The position numbers were made by a program, and so were the translations under genes. Source: Pseudobacteriovorax sp. (GTDB lineage: Bacteria > Bdellovibrionota_B > Oligoflexia > Oligoflexales > Oligoflexaceae). Taken from it: 35,397 nt of DNA. Every line of letters starts with the position of its first letter. Position 1 is the first letter of the stretch. Shown piece by piece: positions 9,351 to 18,121 of this stretch. The notes below the pieces were generated by a model. The model saw only the letters and a program-made list of their open reading frames with translations. It did not search any database and was not told the origin of the DNA. The DNA is taken from positions 1 through 35,397 of the forward strand of contig JBNKNM010000039.1 in the NCBI GenBank assembly GCA_050293845.1. The letters run 5' to 3'.

Positions 9351-10282
9351 TAACTTTCATCCTTAAAACATCTTGCAAAAACTAAGGTCGCTGAAACGAT
9401 GATGAGAAAAAGCAAATATGCTGCTGCTGCAGCCGTACCGTAATATCCGTGATAGAAGGCTGTACGGTAAATATAGAGCGTGCTGGTCATAGCTGTGTTA
9501 TCTGGTCCCCCTTCATACATAGGGAACAAAACATAGGGCTCGTCGAACATTTGTAGACCAAAAATGAGTGACATACTGAAGGTGAAAAACATCATCGGCC
9601 TTAGATGAGGGAGGGTAATGTGGAAAAAGATACTACGCTCGTTAGCTCCATCTATTTTTGCAGCTTCATAGAGATTTTCATTAATGGACTGTAGACCGGC
9701 TAAATATAGGATTGTATTCCAACCTGTCCACTTCCATAGAGTTAGCATTGAAACAGATATTTTCGGAAGCCAATAACCTTCTAGCCAATATACAGGATAT
9801 TCAATATAGCTAAATAGTGCACCTATGAACGGTACTTCCATAAGATATTTGAGAGAGCGATTAAATAATCCAAATTGATTGCCATAAAATACGGTAAATA
9901 TCAGTGCGACGGCTACGGATGACGTGAGATAGGGTAAGAAAAAAGTTGCTTTGAAGGCATTGCGCAGACGGACATAACCGCGACTCAGGAGAAAGGCAAA
10001 CACCAGTGCCATTACATGTAATGGAATCTGAGTGATAATAAACATGACGATGGTGTTGGCAAAAGCCTTCCAAAATAGAAAATCGGTTAATATAAACGTA
10101 TAGTTTTCTATGCCATTAAACTTCATCGCCTTAATTCCGTTCCAACGCTGAAAACTTAAGAAAAAAGCGTATAGAATAGGGAAAGCCCCAAAGACGGCGA
10201 AAGCAATAAAAAAAGGCGATATGAAGATATACGGCGTCGCACGCCGCATTCTTAATGTGGATGTCAAGCTTCTCGTAGTCAT
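9350..10282 (-). CDS. Carbohydrate ABC transporter permease (MalF-like)
   Basis: 'YLAGLQSI..LYEAAKIDGA' EAA motif; multiple TM segments. Confidence 0.95.
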   Translation of the reverse strand: MTTRSLTSTLRMRRATPYIFISPFFIAFAVFGAFPILYAFFLSFQRWNGIKAMKFNGIENYTFILTDFLFWKAFANTIVMFIITQIPLHVMALVFAFLLSRGYVRLRNAFKATFFLPYLTSSVAVALIFTVFYGNQFGLFNRSLKYLMEVPFIGALFSYIEYPVYWLEGYWLPKISVSMLTLWKWTGWNTILYLAGLQSINENLYEAAKIDGANERSIFFHITLPHLRPMMFFTFSMSLIFGLQMFDEPYVLFPMYEGGPDNTAMTSTLYIYRTAFYHGYYGTAAAAAYLLFLIIVSATLVFARCFKDES

Positions 10283-10306
10283 ACTAGAAAATCTTTCCCT
10301 AAATAA

Positions 10307-11614
10307 TTAAAGTCGTAGACGTTTTTTTAACTCTACCTGGGCATTGGCAATAGCCTTGTCAACGGGTTGCTTATCTAGTGTAATTTCGGAAATAACGTTT
10401 TCAATTAGAGACGTTGCTAAGCGATCATTAGGATTCACATACTGATCAGGGGCTTGTTTGATCAATTCCAGCCAGAGCTTTCTTGCTTTTTGCCCACCCA
10501 GATAACTGTCTGCCTCTTCAAACATGGGGTCACTCCATGTTGTTGTCAGTGCAGGAAAAGCGTCAATTTGACGATAATTATCAATCTGAACCTTATAATC
10601 TTGAGTATAGAACTTGATAAATTCCCACGCTGCTGCTTTATTTTTGGCTTTTGAAGGAATTGCGGCAAAAGAACCACCACGAACGGCTCGCATGGGTTTT
10701 CCACCTTTTTCTAAAGATGGGAGAGGTGCGACGCGAAACTTACCGAATTGCTTCGGAGCGATCCAGTCTTTTAAGTAGCCTGCCAACCATGCACCAGAAA
10801 ACTGAAAGGCACAGGTACCGTGTTGAAACGTAGCAAACCACTCTTGGCTCCAAAGGCGAATGTTAGCTGTCATACCAGCATCATAGAATTTCTTGACCCA
10901 TTTTAAGGCGACTTTGATCCGCTCGCGATCAAGGCGGGCATTACCATCTTTATCAAAGTAGTAATAATCATCAGAACCGACAATCATTCGGAAGATATCA
11001 TTGACATTGGCAAGCAAAAACTGGTCGTTTACTCCATCCCCGTCAAGATCTTTAGAGACACGCTTACCAAGCTCAAATAAATCATCCATAGATTTGATAT
11101 CTTCGGGTTTCATATTTGCCTGTTTTAACAAGTTGATGTTGTAATATGCCGTACCGGGTGCAACATCGATTGGGATGGCCACAAGCGAATCTTCAGAAGT
11201 CATTCCGCGCTTCCAAGCTGCTAAAGACATATTCTCCTTAAAAGGACCGGCATTATATGGTTCTTCTAACAGGTTGACAAAACCACCGCCACCACCGAGT
11301 GCGCCGACATAATCGATTTCAACAAAGGCTAGGTCGGGAATCCCTTCACCCGCTGCTAATGAAGCCTGTAGTTGCGTATGATGTTCATCGAAACCCTGAG
11401 ACTTAAGCTTAATATCGATATTAGGGAATTTTTCTTTGAATGCCGGTATGATTCTCTTTGCCGTTTTATCCAACGGTGCAAAGACGGCGAGTTGAACCGT
11501 AACCTTTTCGCCGTTATATGGGGCAACTTTAGTTTCGGATTCCTTATTTTTGGTACAAGATACTAACGTACTGACGAGTATACCGGTTAGGGTAGCTCTC
11601 TTTAGACTTTTCAT
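10307..11614 (-). CDS. Oligosaccharide ABC transporter substrate-binding lipoprotein (SBP family 1), probably xylo-/cello-oligosaccharides
   Basis: Lipobox LVSC; motifs FKEKFPNIDI, IPDL, GGSFAAIP..KNKAAAWEFIKF; substrate inferred from operon context. Confidence 0.92.
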   Translation of the reverse strand: MKSLKRATLTGILVSTLVSCTKNKESETKVAPYNGEKVTVQLAVFAPLDKTAKRIIPAFKEKFPNIDIKLKSQGFDEHHTQLQASLAAGEGIPDLAFVEIDYVGALGGGGGFVNLLEEPYNAGPFKENMSLAAWKRGMTSEDSLVAIPIDVAPGTAYYNINLLKQANMKPEDIKSMDDLFELGKRVSKDLDGDGVNDQFLLANVNDIFRMIVGSDDYYYFDKDGNARLDRERIKVALKWVKKFYDAGMTANIRLWSQEWFATFQHGTCAFQFSGAWLAGYLKDWIAPKQFGKFRVAPLPSLEKGGKPMRAVRGGSFAAIPSKAKNKAAAWEFIKFYTQDYKVQIDNYRQIDAFPALTTTWSDPMFEEADSYLGGQKARKLWLELIKQAPDQYVNPNDRLATSLIENVISEITLDKQPVDKAIANAQVELKKRLRL

Positions 11615-11688
11615 TTTTGACCCCTCTTCTCATGATTGGAACGAAAGTCTATGGCTTCGCTGTCATCATAACTGCGAAATTTCTTATT

Positions 11689-11730
11689 TAATTCGGGAGT
11701 CAAATTATTAAAGAGATACTCATGTGTCAA
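11689..11730 (-). promoter_or_regulatory. Sigma70 promoter (TTGACA-17-TAATTT) with overlapping ROK-type operator upstream of the ABC-xylB-xylA operon
   Basis: Operator TAATTCGGGAGTCAAATTA at 11689-11707 (17/19 identical to the 5169 site); -35 at 11725-11730. Confidence 0.8.
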
Positions 11731-12329
11731 CAGTTTTACGGATCAGGGGGGACGAGTTCGTTTTATTTAATATCAATGCCAATCAATAATGACCAATTTG
11801 AGTAGCTATGAATGCTGCGTGCTTGCTATGAAAGGTCATTGAAATCATTTATTAATATGAGTTTCGTGTTGTAGAAGCGACAGCTCATAAGTCGGAAGTG
11901 GTAAATACCTTAGCTAATGGCCGCCATAAAAAAGAATCAAAATTTTAGCGTCACCATCCAACAGCAGCTTCACTTTACCGTGGTGAGAAACTCTAGTGCT
12001 ATTTTTTTCAGTGTCGATTAATAGAAGATCAAATTTTATTGTCCTCAGAAAAGTGTAATAAGGTAAGTAAGAGCTTAAGAAAGTTATGTTTAACTGTTTT
12101 TTGCCAGGTCTTTTTGTCTTTGCAAGAAATCTAATGTCGTTGTTTATAAAAAATAAAGATACAGTTTTTTAAGAACCAACTCGTTGAAATATCCCTCATA
12201 GTAACCCTAAAAGAAATGCCTTGACATATTTTGTTTTATAGAGGCAGAACAAATGTAGATAATCGCCAAGAACTCGATGTTTGGTAGATTAGGAGAGATC
12301 AACGCAGACCATAAATCACTTTCCTCGGC

Positions 12330-13208
12330 CTTAAGTAGTTTTTTTAGTCTGATGGTTCTTTGAAATGTGTCGTGTGAAACCACTGAGAAAAACCATCGGT
12401 ACCAGAGGTGACTAAAGAGAGCACCACTGGATGATGACAAAGGGATCACATCACAATGTGACGACTGGGCTGTGATTACCGATGGTATCTATAAATATGA
12501 AAACAACGTTTGGGGAGCCGATAAGCAACTTACCCTATCAGCAGTGCCTTTTGCAAAAAAATATAAGCGGAGAAATCAATTACGGTTGGAGTTTGTAGTG
12601 GCAGTGGCAAGGTAAAGCTCCGAACTGGGTTTTCGGTTATCCTGAAATTATTGTTGGTTGGAAACCATGGGGGGAAAGTCTACCGACAGACCCAGTTTTC
12701 CTATAAAATATCGGAGATCAAGGATTTAAATATCTATTTCAGCATCGATCTCAAAGCATAAGGAAGCTACAACCTCGCCCCCGAAGTTTGGCTCATTAAA
12801 AATAAGCTAAAATCTTTCCCCGTTAAAAACCCAGAAAACTTCATCACCACCGAAATCATGTTTTGGATGGACTATGGTGCTGATGCCACCCCTTAAGGAA
12901 AAAAGGTGGGAGATTTCGAATTTGGAGGGAATCAGTATGATTTGTGGTTCATGAAGGACCATAATAATTCTAGAGACAAAGTTTCTTGGTCGATCATATC
13001 ATTAATGAGTAAATCAAAGTAACATGTTGGGTCTATTAATGTCGGCGTACTCCTAATAAAACTCATCTCATTAGACTATAGATTCGATAAAAATAATTAT
13101 GTTGCCACTGTGGAATTCGGTACAGAAATTATGGGTAAAACCGCAAACAGCAAAAGCCGTGGATTCCTATGGATTGATAACTATGCAGTTGTTTTAGAAA
13201 GTCATTAG
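12330..13208 (+). pseudogene. GH12 endoglucanase/xyloglucanase pseudogene (probably once a lipoprotein)
   Basis: Manual translation across frames: CDDWAVITDGIYKYENNVWG, VFGYPEIIVGWKPWG, GSYNLAPEVWL, TEIMFWMD, YDLW, VATVEFGTEI. Several in-frame stops (e.g. TAA at about 12894 and 13020) and frameshifts; 5' boundary approximate. Confidence 0.88.
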
Positions 13209-13289
13209 AATCAGCTCCCTAAGAAGAAGTAGATACTAAATCTTAGTTTCTAGTGCATACAACTTAATCTTTCGTTAGTCGCTCATCCG

Positions 13290-13336
13290 AGGTAAGGATA
13301 TTTTACCCCAAAATATCCTTCCTCTCTTCACTTTTT
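13290..13336 (+). terminator. Hairpin / putative intrinsic terminator after the GH12 relic
   Basis: AAGGATATTTT-ACCCC-AAAATATCCTT, a perfect 11-bp stem at 13294-13320, followed by a T-rich tract. Confidence 0.5.
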
Positions 13337-13546
13337 TGAATTCTAACTCTTGGTAATAGTCTAGGATTTCTCTTGGAACCGAATACCTCAGCATGGATGG
13401 GGTAGGAAAAGGTTAAGCACAAACGCGCCCTAAACCAAGAGCGCTAATATAATGATAATATGTAGTAAAAATGTAAATTTTCGTATTTGTCAGAATTTTC
13501 AGAAAAGCTTCCGATAAAATAATGTTTGCAGATGGAGGCCAATCAT

Positions 13547-14098
13547 ATGAGTTACAAAAGCTCTATACTAGGACTTAGTCTATTCATAGGTATCATCGGC
13601 TGCCAAAGCGTGGGAGGATTCACAGATGAATCGGAGCCCTTACCCCTTAGTAATCAGGATGGGGATCATGGCTTAGGAATAGACTTCATTGATGAAGGTG
13701 ACATGGAAGCCTATGTTTCAGCAAGCGAATATGAGCCTTTCAGCCCTGAGGGTATTTACGTATATTTTGGCAGCAATCAAACACATTTAACAGGGCGCTC
13801 AAAGCGAACCTTGCATAAAATTGTCGCAGGGATGCGTCGAGATCCCTTGTCACGGATTATCATTAGAGCCCATACTGATAGCGTTGGTCCCCGTAAGATA
13901 AACTTAGAGCTTAGTCGTAAAAGAGCCGAAGGGATAAAGTCCTATCTGGTTAAGCAAGGCATTGGAGCTAGTCGCTTGGCTGTGGATTTTGCTGGAGAAG
14001 CAGAGACTCTCCACGCAGGAGGAAATACTAAAGAGGACAGGCGACGGAGTCGCAGAGCTGAGTTCATATTGGATTATCGTCTCCAAAGGAAGGACTAG
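13547..14098 (+). CDS. OmpA/Pal-like peptidoglycan-binding lipoprotein
   Basis: Lipobox IIGC; OmpA C-domain motifs VYF, AHTDSVG, NLELSRKRAE, RRAEF; GGAGG RBS supports ATG 13547. Confidence 0.9.
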   Translation: MSYKSSILGLSLFIGIIGCQSVGGFTDESEPLPLSNQDGDHGLGIDFIDEGDMEAYVSASEYEPFSPEGIYVYFGSNQTHLTGRSKRTLHKIVAGMRRDPLSRIIIRAHTDSVGPRKINLELSRKRAEGIKSYLVKQGIGASRLAVDFAGEAETLHAGGNTKEDRRRSRRAEFILDYRLQRKD

Positions 14099-14173
14099 CT
14101 GGGAATCAAAGGGTGCTTTTCGGCACCTTGAATGGAGAACCAGGGTATATCAGTAGATTTTAGAGGAATCATA

Positions 14174-14683
14174 ATGCTGAAAATCATAATGTTAGTCGTA
14201 CAGGGAGTTTTTATCCTCAGTTTGTTTCTGGGATGTAACAAAAATAACGAGGCAACAGAAACCCCCACCTCAGGTACAGAAGATCCCGCAGAAAGTCAAA
14301 CGCAACAAGATAACCGAAGCGATGCTGATGCTGCTGCCAAGGAGGATCAAGAGGAGCAGGACGGTTCTTTTTATCCCATGACAGGGGAAAAACCTGAATT
14401 GCTTTGTGGGCGAGATGGTTTTATTTATCTTTACGAGGGGTTCCTACTAAAAGAGTGTGGGGCCTGCCATCATAACGATAACATCTATGGAGTCAGTGTC
14501 TTTGCAGAAAGAACCGACGTTGATAGCTCATTTGCCACAATAGCAAGTGGCCTTGTGGAAAAGGAGTTGTTTCTAAAAATGGTTCAGCAGAATACGCTTT
14601 GCATAGCATGCAACCTCGAAGCCGATGATCCCTTACTCGCCGATATTAAGGAATACTGGGAGAATCCAGCGAGCTGTCCTTAA
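14174..14683 (+). CDS. Hypothetical lipoprotein with c-type heme-binding motif (CxxCH)
   Basis: Lipobox FLGC, acidic linker, CGACH and a second CIAC; GAGGA RBS before ATG 14174. Confidence 0.7.
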   Translation: MLKIIMLVVQGVFILSLFLGCNKNNEATETPTSGTEDPAESQTQQDNRSDADAAAKEDQEEQDGSFYPMTGEKPELLCGRDGFIYLYEGFLLKECGACHHNDNIYGVSVFAERTDVDSSFATIASGLVEKELFLKMVQQNTLCIACNLEADDPLLADIKEYWENPASCP

Positions 14684-14955
14684 TTACGGTTCAGTAATCT
14701 ATTTGCCTGCAATATCTATAGAGTACGTCAGCTTATAGATACAACCTTCCTATGTCGGGTTGGACTTTCGTTTCCAAGATACCGAACATCCCCTTGACAC
14801 TTCGCTACATCGGGTTGTTTCAGCTCCACTGTAGTCTTAAAAGGTATTTATACTTACAGATAAGCTTCATTCTTTTAACATCTCTACTGTTAGAATTGAC
14901 AAAACGCCTTCATCCTCGTACCTTTTGGTCAATGTTTCTTTTTTGAGAGGGAAAA

Positions 14956-16938
14956 ATGAATCTATTTAGGCTATTTAGTTCCACAGTGCTGATGCTTTTT
15001 TTGTCGGTTCATACTGACGCGATGACACTTCAAAAACCTGACCCCACGGGAAACTCCTTTACTGTGCAACAGAAGGAAAGGTTTAAGCTTTTAAACTCAT
15101 ACCTCGATAAAATTTTAAGTGTCAAAGAAAATAGAACCATAGAAAACACACTACAGCCATATAAAGAAATGTCTATCATCCTCGGTAATGGCCGGAACGA
15201 GGCAAGTGTTTTTGCAAACAGTCATCCCAACGAAGCTATTCGAACTCATGCATTTAAATCGATTCAAGAACTATCGAAATTTTATACGGAAAAGATATTA
15301 TTGAATCGAGAGTTATATGAGGCGTTGTCCCAAGTCAAGGTTGATAAAAGCAATTCTGAGCTTTATCGTTATTACAGTGAACTCATCCGTACTTATAAAC
15401 GGTCAGGCGTGGATCGTGATAAAGCAACTCGGGAAAAAGTTAGTACCCTGCTTCAGGAAATTACAGAAGCATCCCAAATATTTGGAAAAAATCTTCAGGA
15501 GGATGTAAGGACCATATATGTCAAGCCTGAAGACCTTAAAGGTCTACCCCAGGACTATATCGACAGCCGTAAGCAAAAGAATGGATATGTAAAAATTTCC
15601 ACTGACTACCCCGATTCACGGCCTATATTTGCCTATGCAGAATCCAATGCTGTACGCCACCAAATGTATAAAAACGTTCGTAGCCGGGGCTATCCTAAAA
15701 ACAAAGAGCCATTAAAATTACTCTTGGAAAAACGTTATAAATTGGCTCAACTATTAGGCTATCGCAACTGGGCTGAGTACGCCACTGAAGATAAAATGGT
15801 AAAAAAGCCGGAAAATGTAGATCAGTTTTTAAGTGACATGATTGGAATGACACGAAAACTAGCCAAGAAAGATTATCAGATCCTATTATCAGAAAAACGA
15901 CGCATTGATAGCAAGGCTACAAAGGTTAATGAGTGGGAACGATCCTATTTAGAAAACAAATATAAGAAAAGGGCCCTCACCCTCGATAGTCAAGAAATCA
16001 GACAATATTTCGCCTTTGAAAATGTTAAGAGTGGAGTCTTTCGGATTTCTGAAAAACTCTTCGGTATAGAGATTAAACCGGTTGGCGATGCTAAAGCTTG
16101 GCACCCCGACGTCAACTATTATCAGGTTCTAGATCAAGGCAAGGTGATAGGCTACTTTTATTTGGATATGTTCCCACGCTCTGACAAGTTTAAACATGCG
16201 GCTCAATTCACTTTCAGAAGTGGCTATCAAGGAGTGCAGCTTCCGGTTGCCGTGCTAATGTGTAACTTTCCCCAACCCCAAAAAGCTGATTCAGCTCTGA
16301 TGGAACACTCCCAAGTTGAAACGTTTCTTCATGAATTTGGGCACTTACTTCATAGTATTTTTTCAGGTCATCACATGTGGCCGAGTTCATTGGAGTGGGA
16401 CTTTATTGAAGCACCATCACAGCTCTTGGAGGAGTGGGTTTGGGACAAAGAAGCCTTACATCTCTTTGCACGTCATTACAAAACCAAGGAACCGATTCCT
16501 GAACATCTAATCGTCAAGATGAATAATGCTGCCAAATTAAATTTGGGATTAGACACCTTATCTCAATTGCACTATGCGAGCCTTTCTTTGGGTATCTATA
16601 ACAAGGACCCTAAGTCCTTTGATATACTCGCTCTAAATAAGAAAATTAAAAGTCGTATATCCTTGTTTCCTTATGTAGAGGGTACTTATTTTCCCTACGG
16701 CTTTGGCCACTTAACAGGATATGCTTCCAACTACTATACCTACATGTGGTCAAAGGTCATTGCTAAGGATATGTTCAGTAAGTTCCAAAAGAGCGGAATT
16801 TTCTCACCAAAAGTAGCAGCACGGTATCGAGAAAAAATTCTGACCAACTCAGGAACTAGAAGCGCTAACCAGCTAGTGAAGGAGTTTTTGGAGCGAGATT
16901 ATAATGTAAAAGCATATGCTGATTGGTTGACAAAGTAA
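14956..16938 (+). CDS. M3 family metallopeptidase (thimet oligopeptidase-like), exported
   Basis: Signal peptide; FYLDMFPR..KFKHAA, HEFGH, DFIEAPSQLLEEW, GYASNYYTYMWS. Confidence 0.95.
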   Translation: MNLFRLFSSTVLMLFLSVHTDAMTLQKPDPTGNSFTVQQKERFKLLNSYLDKILSVKENRTIENTLQPYKEMSIILGNGRNEASVFANSHPNEAIRTHAFKSIQELSKFYTEKILLNRELYEALSQVKVDKSNSELYRYYSELIRTYKRSGVDRDKATREKVSTLLQEITEASQIFGKNLQEDVRTIYVKPEDLKGLPQDYIDSRKQKNGYVKISTDYPDSRPIFAYAESNAVRHQMYKNVRSRGYPKNKEPLKLLLEKRYKLAQLLGYRNWAEYATEDKMVKKPENVDQFLSDMIGMTRKLAKKDYQILLSEKRRIDSKATKVNEWERSYLENKYKKRALTLDSQEIRQYFAFENVKSGVFRISEKLFGIEIKPVGDAKAWHPDVNYYQVLDQGKVIGYFYLDMFPRSDKFKHAAQFTFRSGYQGVQLPVAVLMCNFPQPQKADSALMEHSQVETFLHEFGHLLHSIFSGHHMWPSSLEWDFIEAPSQLLEEWVWDKEALHLFARHYKTKEPIPEHLIVKMNNAAKLNLGLDTLSQLHYASLSLGIYNKDPKSFDILALNKKIKSRISLFPYVEGTYFPYGFGHLTGYASNYYTYMWSKVIAKDMFSKFQKSGIFSPKVAARYREKILTNSGTRSANQLVKEFLERDYNVKAYADWLTK

Positions 16939-16944
16939 AGTTTC

Positions 16945-16963
16945 AAGGCCCCGAGGGGGCCTT
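16945..16963. terminator. Hairpin terminator between convergent genes
   Basis: AAGGCCCC-GAG-GGGGCCTT, an 8-bp stem in the 28-bp gap between two stop codons. Confidence 0.7.
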
Positions 16964-16966
16964 CTC

Positions 16967-17731
16967 TTATGGGTACTGATTGATGAGGACCCAGTTTCCG
17001 GGAGTTGCAAGGGGCAGCCAGTTTTCATCATATCCATCGCTATACTCGCACCTAAATGAGATACAAGATGGTTGGTCGAGGCAATGGTTGGTTCTAAAGT
17101 TGCTGCATTCGATTTCAATGTCATTACATGGAGCTTTGACTCTATAAGGGGCGTATGTTACTACGCCGCTTCCTAAATCTACAAATAACCTTATATCGCC
17201 ACCGAGAATTTTAGGATCATTACAATAGATCTTATTTTCAGGAATCATTAAATGAGCAATAGTCTTGGTTTTTGTACTACCCTTGGTTTTAGAAGGTATA
17301 ATGGTCAAAGCTTGGATATCTATGGAATCAGCATATTGATTTATAATGCTGACTTCTGTAATAACTTCCTGGTTTGATTTGATCGGTTTATTTTCGAAAA
17401 TATTGTCCCATTCTTCGGTGGGCACAAGCATTTTGACCTGGAGTTTTCCGGAAACTGACGTTATGAGTGTGGTACCTGATCCTGTAAACTTACCATTATC
17501 CAAGACAATGGGAATATCACCATGAATATCAGCTACCATAGAAGCTTTAACCAGGGAGAATGCTGATAGATTAATTTGTCCACCCAAAAGGCGATTGTTG
17601 TCCATAGCAGTTTTTGTGATATCCTGTCGCAAATCAAAAACATTAAGACTAGATTGCGAAATCCCCACAATACCGACCACTAGAACTAAGAGGTAACTAA
17701 TATAGCCTTTTTCATTGTTTAATAGTGACAA
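16967..17731 (-). CDS. Hypothetical protein with pilin-like (class III signal) N-terminus and Cys-rich C-terminus
   Basis: 'NNEKG|YISYLLVLVVGIVG' prepilin-like pattern; six Cys in the C-terminal part; GGGAG RBS before TTG. Confidence 0.6.
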   Translation of the reverse strand: MSLLNNEKGYISYLLVLVVGIVGISQSSLNVFDLRQDITKTAMDNNRLLGGQINLSAFSLVKASMVADIHGDIPIVLDNGKFTGSGTTLITSVSGKLQVKMLVPTEEWDNIFENKPIKSNQEVITEVSIINQYADSIDIQALTIIPSKTKGSTKTKTIAHLMIPENKIYCNDPKILGGDIRLFVDLGSGVVTYAPYRVKAPCNDIEIECSNFRTNHCLDQPSCISFRCEYSDGYDENWLPLATPGNWVLINQYP

Positions 17732-18121
17732 AGTTTACTCCCGCAAAGTTTCTTAAACTCATTAGAACCGAGTTCTATTGTCCTTCGGAGTGTTTGAAAA
17801 ATGTCTAAAATTTAACGAGGTATGAGTCAAAATTGAGATAAATTAAGAATGCTTGCCAAAGAGGTCTGCATGGGATCAAGAAACCTCTTCCATAGATGTT
17901 CTGAAAAGGAAGCTAAATTCATTAGTCTTTTTAGGCTATTTCGAAGATCTAAAAAATTCACTTGGAAAGTTTTTCAGAAATCCTTGTGGTGATAGTGAGT
18001 GTAAAAAGAATTCGAAAAATGCCTCTAATCAAAGTGTACAGCTAACTAACCTTAAAGAGGGTGATTTTTGTTGAAGCCAACGCAGAGTAGAGGTCATTTT
18101 TCACATCAGGGTTATAGACTG

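Noticed and set aside
11735..12200. Possible degraded coding sequence on the - strand
   Set aside because: Short frames broken by stops with no recognisable motif; cannot be supported without blastx
12207..12449. 80-aa - strand ORF
   Set aside because: Antisense to the 5' part of the GH12 pseudogene; likely spurious
13490..13517. Sigma28-like TCCGATAA upstream of the OmpA gene (similar TCCGAAGG near 17785)
   Set aside because: The -35 elements match poorly; too weak to call
17853..18074. 73-aa + strand ORF
   Set aside because: TTG start without a clear RBS, no motif, and opposite in orientation to both neighbours
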